33,721 nucleotides of DNA from a virus (taxonomy: Duplodnaviria; Caudoviricetes), in the IMG/VR virus record IMGVR_UViG_3300032267_001530, positions 1 to 33,721 of that record; one strand, given 5' to 3'. Position numbers and translations under genes: made by a program. Shown here in pieces: positions 18,287-26,800 of this stretch. The first letter of the stretch is position 1, and every line of letters starts with the position of its first letter. The notes under the pieces were generated by a model that ran no database searches, was not told the DNA's origin, and saw only the letters and a list, made by a program, of their open reading frames with translations.

Positions 18287-21162
18287 TATTTATTCTCCAA
18301 TGTGTTTACTTTTGCTTCTAGGGTTTCAATGCGTTCCATTGCTTCTTGTAATGCTTTAACTGCTTTCATATACAAAACAGAGTATTTGACGGATTTAGTT
18401 GTTGTATCAGCCAATCCTTTTACTAAACCATTTTCATCTCTAAGTTCATCTTGCAGTTCTTCAACCAAGCCAGCAGATATTTGTTCAATTTCTTGTGCAA
18501 TAACACCTATTTGCAATGGTGCATTAGGTTCAGATTTAAAACGATATTTTCTAACCTTGATATTTTTAATATCATTCCATTGACTAGCAGCATCAACAAT
18601 ATCTTGTTTTAATTTAATGTCAGATAATGCACCATAACTATTATTTGTATTTTTAATATCGCCATTTGTGTAAATTACAATTTTTTGTGCAGCAGCAGAA
18701 AGTGAATAACCTTCAAAATAACGATATGTTGTGCTTGAACTGTTATTTACAAGGCAAGATATTCCATAACCAGTAGCACTTTGATTGTAAATATTAAAAG
18801 CATTATCACCAGCTATTGATGTTGCAGCATTAATAAAAGCACCATTACTATTCCAATAAGCTCTAGGATTACCATCACCATCAGATAACACAATGTAGTT
18901 ACTTGCTGTACGGATGTCTAGACCACCTGTGTTACCGCTATAAGCACCAACAATAGTGTTCTTAGAACCTGATGTCATTAATACACCAGCACCACTACCC
19001 AAATAGCTGTTTAAAGTGCCAGTAGAGTTGTATCCTGAAGAATCACCAATAAAAGTATTTTGACCGCCAGTTGATAAATAACCAGCATAACGACCAAAGT
19101 AAGCGTTAAAAGCACCAGTAGTGTTTGTAAACCCAGCTTGAAAACCTGCTGCGGTGTTGTTAGATGCGGTGGAATTATTTGCTAATGCTAATTGACCAAC
19201 AGCCGTGTTTTGAGTGCCTGTGGTATTTGACACCAAAGCACCATATCCAAGAGCAGAATTATCACTTCCCGTAGTATTAGCAGCTAAAGCACCAACACCA
19301 ACAGCAGAGTTACTTACACCTGTTGTGTTAAAACGAAGTGCGGCATTATAAGTTCCACCTGAACCAACAGCCGTATTATTAGTTCCTGTTGTATTTGCAA
19401 ACAATGCCGTTGAACCTACTGCTACTAGACCAGAACCAGTTGTATTGCTGTATCCAGCATTATGACCGACGGCTGTGTTGTTGCTTGCAGTTGTGTTTGC
19501 TTGCAATGCTTGTTCACCTATTGCTACATTGTTTGTGCCAGTAGTGTTTGAAACTAATGGTTGGTTTCCAATTGCAACACATGAATTACCTGTTGTAAGA
19601 GCATATAAAGGTTTATAACCAACCGCCACATTCGCTTGTCCGGTGGTGTTTGAAAGTAATGCACCACCACCAACGGCAATGTTGTAGCTACCTGTTGAAT
19701 TTGTTGTTAAAGCATTTCCGCCTACAACAGTATTATCATGACCTGTTGATGTGCTTGAACCAGCGTTGTAGCCAATATAAACATCGCCAAGATTGGTTGA
19801 AGCATTATTAAATGTAGCGCCAGCGTATGTTCCAATAAAAGTGCCACTACCACCAGTTGTATTAGCATACCCAGCACGATAACCTACTGCTGTGTTATTA
19901 GATGCGGTGGTGTTGGCTTGTAATGCCCCATTACCGACAGCAGTATTGTAAGAACCAGTAGTGTTAGCGTACAAGGTAGCTAAAACTGCATAACCGCCAC
20001 CAACCGCCACATTCTCTGTGCCAGTAGTATTTGACTGCAAACATTGTGCGCCAACTGCTGTAACACCATTGCCTGTAGTGTGGTTACGCAAAGCGTAAAA
20101 ACCTAATGCCGTAACATTAACCGCAGTTGTTTCAGATAAAGCTGCATCTACACCAAAAGCGGTATTTTGCGTACCTGTTGTATTTGCAAATAAAGCTTTA
20201 TAACCAAAAGCAGTTACACCGCCAGTAGTATTACTATACCCAGCTTGGTAACCTACTGCTGTGTTATTAGAGGCTGTGGTGTTTGCTTGAAGTGCCTGTC
20301 TACCAATAGCCACGTTGTAAGAGCCTGTTGTGTTGCTATAAAGCGGTCTGTATGAACCAATAGCAGTATTATCAGCACCAGTTGTATTGCTATATGCTGC
20401 ACCTGAACCAACAGCGCACAGAGTCTGACCTGTATTTGAATAGCCAGCCTGATAACCAATAGCAGTATTTTCAGCACCGCCAGTTGATTGGCTATACAAG
20501 GATTGATAACCTACTGCTGTGTTATTAGATGCGGTGGTGTTGTTTACAAGTGAACCAGCACCAATAGCAGTATTTGAACTTCCGCTAGAATTACTTGCTA
20601 AAGCTACTTGACCAACACCAGTATTGCTATTGCCAGTTGTTAAACGCAAAGCATAATCGCCAACTGCAGTATTTTCATAGCCAGTTAAATTTGACATTAA
20701 AGCATAAGAACCTACGGCAGTATTTACGTAACCAGTGGTATTCATTTGCAATGCTTGCAAGCCAACAGCAGTATTTCTTCCAGTTCCGCTATTTGACCCT
20801 GCTAAAGCAGCAGAACCAACAGAAGTGTTATTTGTAAGAGAACCTGCACCCTTGCCAACAGTAAGACCTGATATAGAAGCATCATTAGCTAAAGTTAATG
20901 CTGTACCGCTAAAAGTCATATTGGCAGAACCAGCCAGTGAGCCTGAGCTGTTGTACTGAACCTGAGTGTCAGAACCGCCAGCCACACCAGCGCCGCCTTT
21001 GCCAGCGATGACTTGCACGTTACCGCTAGAGTCCTTATAGAACAACTTGCCGTCGTTTGTGTTAATTGCCAACTCACCGGCAACTAAATTACCAGCAGTA
21101 GGGGCCGTACTAGCAGTTGTGCTGTAGTACAGTTGTATTGGAGTGTATCCGGATTGTGCCAT
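18286..21162 (-). CDS. Tail fibre/spike: Mtd-N-like anchor, YadA-head-like NTAVG beta-roll repeats, C-terminal peptidase S74 intramolecular chaperone
   Basis: N-terminus IQLYYS...L.AGELAINTNDGKLFYKD; many ~14-aa repeats NTAVG..AL..NTTG; SDIKLKQDI...GVIAQEIE and a terminal coiled coil. Confidence 0.88.
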   Translation of the reverse strand: MAQSGYTPIQLYYSTTASTAPTAGNLVAGELAINTNDGKLFYKDSSGNVQVIAGKGGAGVAGGSDTQVQYNSSGSLAGSANMTFSGTALTLANDASISGLTVGKGAGSLTNNTSVGSAALAGSNSGTGRNTAVGLQALQMNTTGYVNTAVGSYALMSNLTGYENTAVGDYALRLTTGNSNTGVGQVALASNSSGSSNTAIGAGSLVNNTTASNNTAVGYQSLYSQSTGGAENTAIGYQAGYSNTGQTLCAVGSGAAYSNTTGADNTAIGSYRPLYSNTTGSYNVAIGRQALQANTTASNNTAVGYQAGYSNTTGGVTAFGYKALFANTTGTQNTAFGVDAALSETTAVNVTALGFYALRNHTTGNGVTAVGAQCLQSNTTGTENVAVGGGYAVLATLYANTTGSYNTAVGNGALQANTTASNNTAVGYRAGYANTTGGSGTFIGTYAGATFNNASTNLGDVYIGYNAGSSTSTGHDNTVVGGNALTTNSTGSYNIAVGGGALLSNTTGQANVAVGYKPLYALTTGNSCVAIGNQPLVSNTTGTNNVAIGEQALQANTTASNNTAVGHNAGYSNTTGSGLVAVGSTALFANTTGTNNTAVGSGGTYNAALRFNTTGVSNSAVGVGALAANTTGSDNSALGYGALVSNTTGTQNTAVGQLALANNSTASNNTAAGFQAGFTNTTGAFNAYFGRYAGYLSTGGQNTFIGDSSGYNSTGTLNSYLGSGAGVLMTSGSKNTIVGAYSGNTGGLDIRTASNYIVLSDGDGNPRAYWNSNGAFINAATSIAGDNAFNIYNQSATGYGISCLVNNSSSTTYRYFEGYSLSAAAQKIVIYTNGDIKNTNNSYGALSDIKLKQDIVDAASQWNDIKNIKVRKYRFKSEPNAPLQIGVIAQEIEQISAGLVEELQDELRDENGLVKGLADTTTKSVKYSVLYMKAVKALQEAMERIETLEAKVNTLENK

Positions 21163-21165
21163 ATT

Positions 21166-21612
21166 TTATTTCCTTAAATGTTCTATGACTTTCTGTGGTT
21201 CAACAAATCGATCGTTACTATGTTGCGTAGCTTCCCACCAGATAAACTGATTGGCAACTAAATGTGATCTATCTTTTAGTAAATTCGTGTTTTCGGGGTG
21301 TCCAAATATCAACGGATCAGACGGTCCCCATAATACTATTCCGCTCTTGCCTTCATCCCACGCAAGGTGTTGGAAAAAACTATCCACACCCACCCACGTG
21401 CGACATTCTTGTATCAATTCACGCAACCTTGGCAGTGACATATTTTTCACAAACATATCAACTAACTGCTCTTCACCCTCTACGCCAACTTGGATTACTT
21501 GTTCAAACTTCTGAACTTCGTTAACCACCTCTTTCCAATACTCGATTGGATAGTTCTTTGGGTTGAGGTTACCTGTCCTTAGTTTCTGTGCATACGGGGC
21601 GATGATAATCAT
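21166..21612 (-). CDS. Glycosyltransferase family 9 (heptosyltransferase-like) C-terminal domain
   Basis: Start re-called at ATG 21612 (MIIIAPY..., ATGA overlap). Motifs KNYPIEYW, VIQVG, GVDSFFQHLA and GIVLWGPS. Confidence 0.8.
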   Translation of the reverse strand: MIIIAPYAQKLRTGNLNPKNYPIEYWKEVVNEVQKFEQVIQVGVEGEEQLVDMFVKNMSLPRLRELIQECRTWVGVDSFFQHLAWDEGKSGIVLWGPSDPLIFGHPENTNLLKDRSHLVANQFIWWEATQHSNDRFVEPQKVIEHLRK

Positions 21613-22589
21613 AAGTACATCCCCAAAAACGCATCTTCTAAACTGCCAGTCCACTTGCGATGTGCCATCCACTTGTAGACGCTCCAGTTGTCAATGTCAC
21701 CAAACAACGCTCTGGCTTCTGCAATTGACTTGCCAGGAATAATGTCTGGGTAGCAAGTAAATACCAACGGGTCTTTTAATTTGGGCAATATGTGACTAAA
21801 CACAATGTGATCGCCCATACCGCAATTTAAAACCACTATCGTCTTATCACGACAAGCTAAGTAGTTTCTAAAAATCTGCTCGTCCTGCGCATACAACTCA
21901 GCTTTAGTCTCGCTACGAATGCCACCTTGCGGGTTCTTCATGTGCCATGTTGTTGCGTTTGGCACTGCTAAAACCTTATAACCTTTTTGATGCAAGCCGT
22001 ATGTAAACAGCGTTTCTTCCCGATGTGCTACTCGTGAAAGACCAGTATTAAAGTTGTGCACACCAGCACGGTATAAAAAAGTGCAGTGTAAATGTTCAAC
22101 TTCCCTAACCATTGGAATAGGGCTCCATTGGATATTGGGCTCACTATCAATGTGATCAATTTTACCAGTTGAGTTAACATTTTCAAATAGATTTGGCGGG
22201 GTTAAAACCGCTCCTCCAATTGCTCCAACGTCACTTAATGCATGTAAATACAAACTTCTTAGCACATTAGGCTCAGGGATTGCATCATCATCACAACGCC
22301 ACACCCATTCATAACCGTCGTTTACTGCCATGTCGTTGGCTTGTTGGTGGATGTGGTGCTGGCCTTTTTTGCCAGCGTAACGCCACTCCCATTTAATTGC
22401 CTTTAAATCTAACATCTGAAAAAAGTACGAATAAATCATCTCTTTTCGCATGTCTTGCGGTTCGTCATTATCATCAAAGATTACCAGCTTATCGACTGGT
22501 TTAGTCTGATTAATAATAGCGTTTAATACCAAGGGCAAGGTTGTATGGTAGCGCCCTCTTGTTGCTACCGAGCATAGCACCTTACTCAT
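21609..22589 (-). CDS. GT2/GT-A glycosyltransferase fused to a GT9-like N-terminal half
   Basis: VIFDDND, WRCDDDAIP (DxD) and REETLF; C-terminal VVLNCGMGDHIVF. Confidence 0.8.
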   Translation of the reverse strand: MSKVLCSVATRGRYHTTLPLVLNAIINQTKPVDKLVIFDDNDEPQDMRKEMIYSYFFQMLDLKAIKWEWRYAGKKGQHHIHQQANDMAVNDGYEWVWRCDDDAIPEPNVLRSLYLHALSDVGAIGGAVLTPPNLFENVNSTGKIDHIDSEPNIQWSPIPMVREVEHLHCTFLYRAGVHNFNTGLSRVAHREETLFTYGLHQKGYKVLAVPNATTWHMKNPQGGIRSETKAELYAQDEQIFRNYLACRDKTIVVLNCGMGDHIVFSHILPKLKDPLVFTCYPDIIPGKSIAEARALFGDIDNWSVYKWMAHRKWTGSLEDAFLGMYL

Positions 22590-23811
22590 TGTCCCACCTG
22601 CAAATCATCAAGTTGCTCAGGTTGTCGTTACTGACTGGCACCATCTCATGTGAAATGTTGCCGTTGTGGCTGATGTAGGTAAACTTAAAGCCAGGGAAAT
22701 GACTCTCGTTTAATCCATGCAACCGGTGGTGTTCACCCCAAAAGCCTTTTGGCTCGTTGTGTGGCACCGTAATCAACAAACGCCTGCAGTGCTGCTTTAA
22801 CTTCTCTACTACTTCTAAACCATTATCAAGGTGTTCAATGACTTCAAACGCCAAGATGGTGTCGTAATGCTCTAGCTCGTAGCTGTTAATATCTGCCCAG
22901 TTAAAGGTGCAATTCTCACCCCACTTCTGGTCACGCGCCACATCGACAATAATCGGGTCATAATCAAGTCCCAAATACTGAATACGTGGTGCAAAAAACT
23001 GTGTACCGTAACCGGTAGAGCAACCAATTTCTAATAGCTTGGTACCAAAAATATTACGTGCTGCCCATTCGTAACGCTGTGTCTCTCTAGGGAAAACCTC
23101 GTCGCCTTTGAGAAATACTGCTCGCTCGTAGTTGTTTGACAAGCGCCAGTAGTACCAATCTTTGTTGTACTTCTTAGCCAAACGCAATTCGTTTAGCAAA
23201 AACTTTTGTTTCCACTGTTGCACCAAGCTCTCATCGTGCATAGTGCCTTCTGCTGCGTGGTAGATTGGAAAGTCACCTTTGTAACCCACATCTACCAACT
23301 CAAACCCGGCGTCTTGTGCTTTTAAACAAAACTCAATGTCATCGCACCCGCCAGTGCCGTACTCTTCGTTGAGCATTCCAATCTTTTGAAATACTTTAGC
23401 GTCAATCATGGCACAGAAGAACACAATAAACTTGCGCTTTGTGATGTCTGAATTTTGTGTTAACACACCGCTAACATCACCCACATCCAAACGCTCCAAC
23501 CACTTATTCTGTGGTTGTTCTAAAAGCACTGTATCGTTGTTAAGCAATACAATCTTCTCACCCTTGCATACCCGAACGCCATTATTAACGGCCTTTGGGA
23601 AACCTAGCGCTTCATCGCTCCAAACCACTACCAGATTTGGCATGGTGGTTTGCAAATAACCTAAATAGGCTTTGGTGTTGTCAGTACATCCGTTTGCCGA
23701 TACAACCAACTCCACGTTGGTCATATCGGTGTACTTGATGATTGACTCAATACAAGGTTTTAAATACTTTTCACAATTGTTATATGTTGGTATAACGATA
23801 CTGTATTTCAT
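22582..23811 (-). CDS. GT2 glycosyltransferase fused to a class I SAM-dependent methyltransferase
   Basis: Start re-called at ATG 23811 (AAGGA RBS). GT2 motifs SIVIPTYN, NGCTD, LLNNDT and GCDDIEFC; MTase motifs LEIGCSTGYG and FEVIEHL. Confidence 0.9.
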   Translation of the reverse strand: MKYSIVIPTYNNCEKYLKPCIESIIKYTDMTNVELVVSANGCTDNTKAYLGYLQTTMPNLVVVWSDEALGFPKAVNNGVRVCKGEKIVLLNNDTVLLEQPQNKWLERLDVGDVSGVLTQNSDITKRKFIVFFCAMIDAKVFQKIGMLNEEYGTGGCDDIEFCLKAQDAGFELVDVGYKGDFPIYHAAEGTMHDESLVQQWKQKFLLNELRLAKKYNKDWYYWRLSNNYERAVFLKGDEVFPRETQRYEWAARNIFGTKLLEIGCSTGYGTQFFAPRIQYLGLDYDPIIVDVARDQKWGENCTFNWADINSYELEHYDTILAFEVIEHLDNGLEVVEKLKQHCRRLLITVPHNEPKGFWGEHHRLHGLNESHFPGFKFTYISHNGNISHEMVPVSNDNLSNLMICRWDNE

Positions 23812-23822
23812 GTTTTCCTTTA

Positions 23823-23852
23823 GAGGTTTATACAAACCTCCTAATTATAGCA
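23823..23852 (-). promoter_or_regulatory. Extended -10 sigma70-type promoter and overlapping palindrome upstream of the glycosyltransferase cassette
   Basis: The - strand reads TGCTATAAT at 23852-23844, a perfect TGnTATAAT. Inverted repeat GAGGTTT-atac-AAACCTC at 23823-23840. Confidence 0.65.
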
Positions 23853-23859
23853 CAACTAC

Positions 23860-26800
23860 TTAGAACGTACCGCCTTTGATACCGCTCGTAATTGCACCGT
23901 TGGTTGCGTTGTAAACTAATCCAGAGTTGGTGTATACCGACTGACTACCTGTCAATCCTGTTACCAATGTTGGGTAGGTTGTTGCTGCTGTGGTGTTGCT
24001 TACTGACACTGTGGTTGGAGCCACACCGCTGTAACCAGAGATACCTGACGCGCCAGAGAAGCCTGATACACCTGAGCCACTGTAGCCTGAGAAGCCTGAC
24101 AATCCAGAGCCACTGTAGCCAGAGAAGCCACTGTAGCCAGACAGACCAGAACCACTGTAACCGCTGTAGCCAGAGAAGCCTGAGATACCGCTGCCTGAGT
24201 AGCCAGAGAAGCCTGACAGACCAGAACCGCTGTAACCAGAGATACCTGATGCGCCGTTGGTGCCAGAGTAACCAGAGAAGCCTGATGTACCGCCTGTACC
24301 GTTTAGACCGCTGTAACCACTTGTACCACTGTAACCAGAGATACCAGATGCGCCAGAGAAGCCTGAGATACCTGAGCCGCTGTAACCACTAGTACCTGAG
24401 AAGCCACTGTAACCAGAGATGCCAGAACCACTATAGCCGCTGTAACCAGAGAAACCAGAGATACCTGAGCCACTGTAGCCTGAGAAGCCAGAGATACCTG
24501 AGCCACTGTAGCCGGAGAAGCCTGAGATACCAGATGCGCCGCTGTAACCAGAGATACCTGAATCGCCAGAGAAACCGCTGTAGCCAGAGATACCGCTGTA
24601 ACCGGAGATACCAGATGCGCCTGAGAAACCAGAGCGACCAGAGTAACCAGAGAAGCCTGAGATACCAGAGAATCCAGAATCACCTGAGAAACCACTGTAG
24701 CCAGAGATACCGGAGAAGCCTGAGATACCTGAGTCACCACTGTAACCGCTGTAACCAGAGATGCCAGAGCCGCTGTAACCAGAGAAGCCTGACAATCCAG
24801 AGCCACTGTAGCCTGAGAAGCCAGAGAAACCGCTTACACCAGAACCGCTGTAACCAGAAGTACCAGAGAAGCCGCTTACGCCAGATCCACTGTAACCAGA
24901 GAAGCCTGATAAGCCAGATCCACTGTAGCCGGAGAAGCCTGAGAAGCCAGAATCACCAGAGAAGCCTGAGATACCAGAATCACCAGAGAATCCAGAGTCA
25001 CCTGAGTAACCAGAGAAACCAGAGATACCAGACGCGCCACTGTAACCAGAGCGACCAGAGAATCCAGAGAAGCCAGACTCACCGGAGAAGCCGCTGTAAC
25101 CAGAGATACCAGAGTGTCCAGAGAAACCTGAGAAGCCAGAGTCACCTGAATGGCCGCTGTAACCAGAGATTCCAGACATGCCTGAGTAACCAGAGAAGCC
25201 TGAGATACCCGAACCACTGTAACCAGATTGACCGCTGTAACCAGAGATACCAGAACCACTATAGCCGCTGTAGCCAGAGAATCCACTGATACCAGATCCA
25301 CTGTAACCAGAGAAACCAGAAATACCAGATCCACTGTAACCAGAGAATCCAGAATCACCTGAATGGCCTGAAATACCAGAGTCACCAGAGAAACCAGAAA
25401 TACCTGAGAAACCACTGTAACCAGAGATTCCAGATGCACCTGAGAAGCCAGAGCGACCAGAGTAACCAGAGATACCAGATGCACCTGAGAAGCCAGATTC
25501 GCCAGAGAAACCACTGTAGCCAGATATACCACTGTCACCTGAGAAGCCAGAAATACCTGAGAAACCGCTGTAACCAGAAATACCAGAGTGTCCAGAATAG
25601 CCAGAGAAACCACTGATACCAGAGCCGCTGTAACCAGACTCACCGCTGTAACCAGAGATACCAGATCCACTATAGCCACTGTAGCCAGAGAAGCCGCTTA
25701 CACCAGAACCAGAATATCCGGAGAAACCTGACAGACCAGAACCTGAGTAACCAGAGAAACCAGACTCACCTGAGAAGCCAGAGAATCCAGAATCACCTGA
25801 GAAACCTGAGAAGCCACTGTAACCGCTGATACCAGATGCACCAGAGAAGCCAGAGCGACCACTGTATCCTGAAATACCTGATGCGCCAGAGAAACCAGAC
25901 TCACCAGAGAAGCCACTGTAGCCAGAGATGCCAGAGTCACCTGAGAAGCCAGAAATACCTGAGAAGCCACTGTAGCCAGAAGTACCTACTTCACCAGAGT
26001 AACCAGAGAAGCCAGAGATACCGGAGCCACTGTAACCAGATTCACCGCTGTAACCAGAGATACCAGAACCACTATAGCCGCTGTAGCCAGAGAAACCACT
26101 TACACCAGAGCCAGAGTAACCAGAGAAACCAGAGATACCAGAACCGCTGTAACCAGAGAATCCAGACTCACCTGAGAAGCCAGAGAAGCCAGAGTCACCA
26201 GAGAAGCCAGAGAATCCACTGTAACCAGAGATACCAGACGCGCCAGAGAAACCAGAACGACCGCTGTAACCAGAGATACCAGATGCGCCAGAGAAACCAG
26301 ACTCACCAGAGAAGCCACTGTAGCCAGAGATACCAGAATCACCAGAGAAACCAGAGATACCTGAGAAGCCACTGTAACCAGAAATACCTACTTCACCTGA
26401 ATAACCAGAGAAGCCTGAGATACCAGAGCCACTGTAACCAGATTCACCACTGTAACCACTGATACCAGAACCGCTGTAACCTGAATAACCAGAGAAACCG
26501 CTTACGCCAGAACCAGAGTAACCAGAGAAGCCTGATAGGCCTGAACCAGAATAACCAGAGAATCCAGATGTACCTGAGAAGCCAGAGATACCAGACGCGC
26601 CAGAGAAACCTGAGATACCTGAGAATCCACTGTAGCCAGAAATACCTGAGAAACCAGAGTAACCAGAAATACCGGAGAAGCCAGAGTAACCCGATAAACC
26701 ACCGGCACCTGGTAAACCATTTGGACCTTGTAGGTTAATCGTCCAAGGGTATGTTCCCATACCATTGTAACGAGTTACATTGAATGAGAATAATCCGGTT

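Noticed and set aside
18286-21162. Diversity-generating retroelement target suggested by the Mtd-N-like domain
   Set aside because: No reverse transcriptase and no TR/VR pair differing at adenines are seen, and the C-terminus is an S74 chaperone rather than a C-type lectin.
21613-21672. ORF-track N-terminal extensions of the 168-aa ORF (and likewise 17226-17288 of the 93-aa ORF)
   Set aside because: They overlap upstream genes. Internal ATGs forming ATGA overlaps give more plausible starts.
23812-23835. ORF-track TTG start for the GT2-MTase
   Set aside because: AGGAGG is only about 1 nt from this TTG. ATG 23811 has a well-spaced AAGGA and begins the canonical MKYSIVIPTYN GT2 strand.
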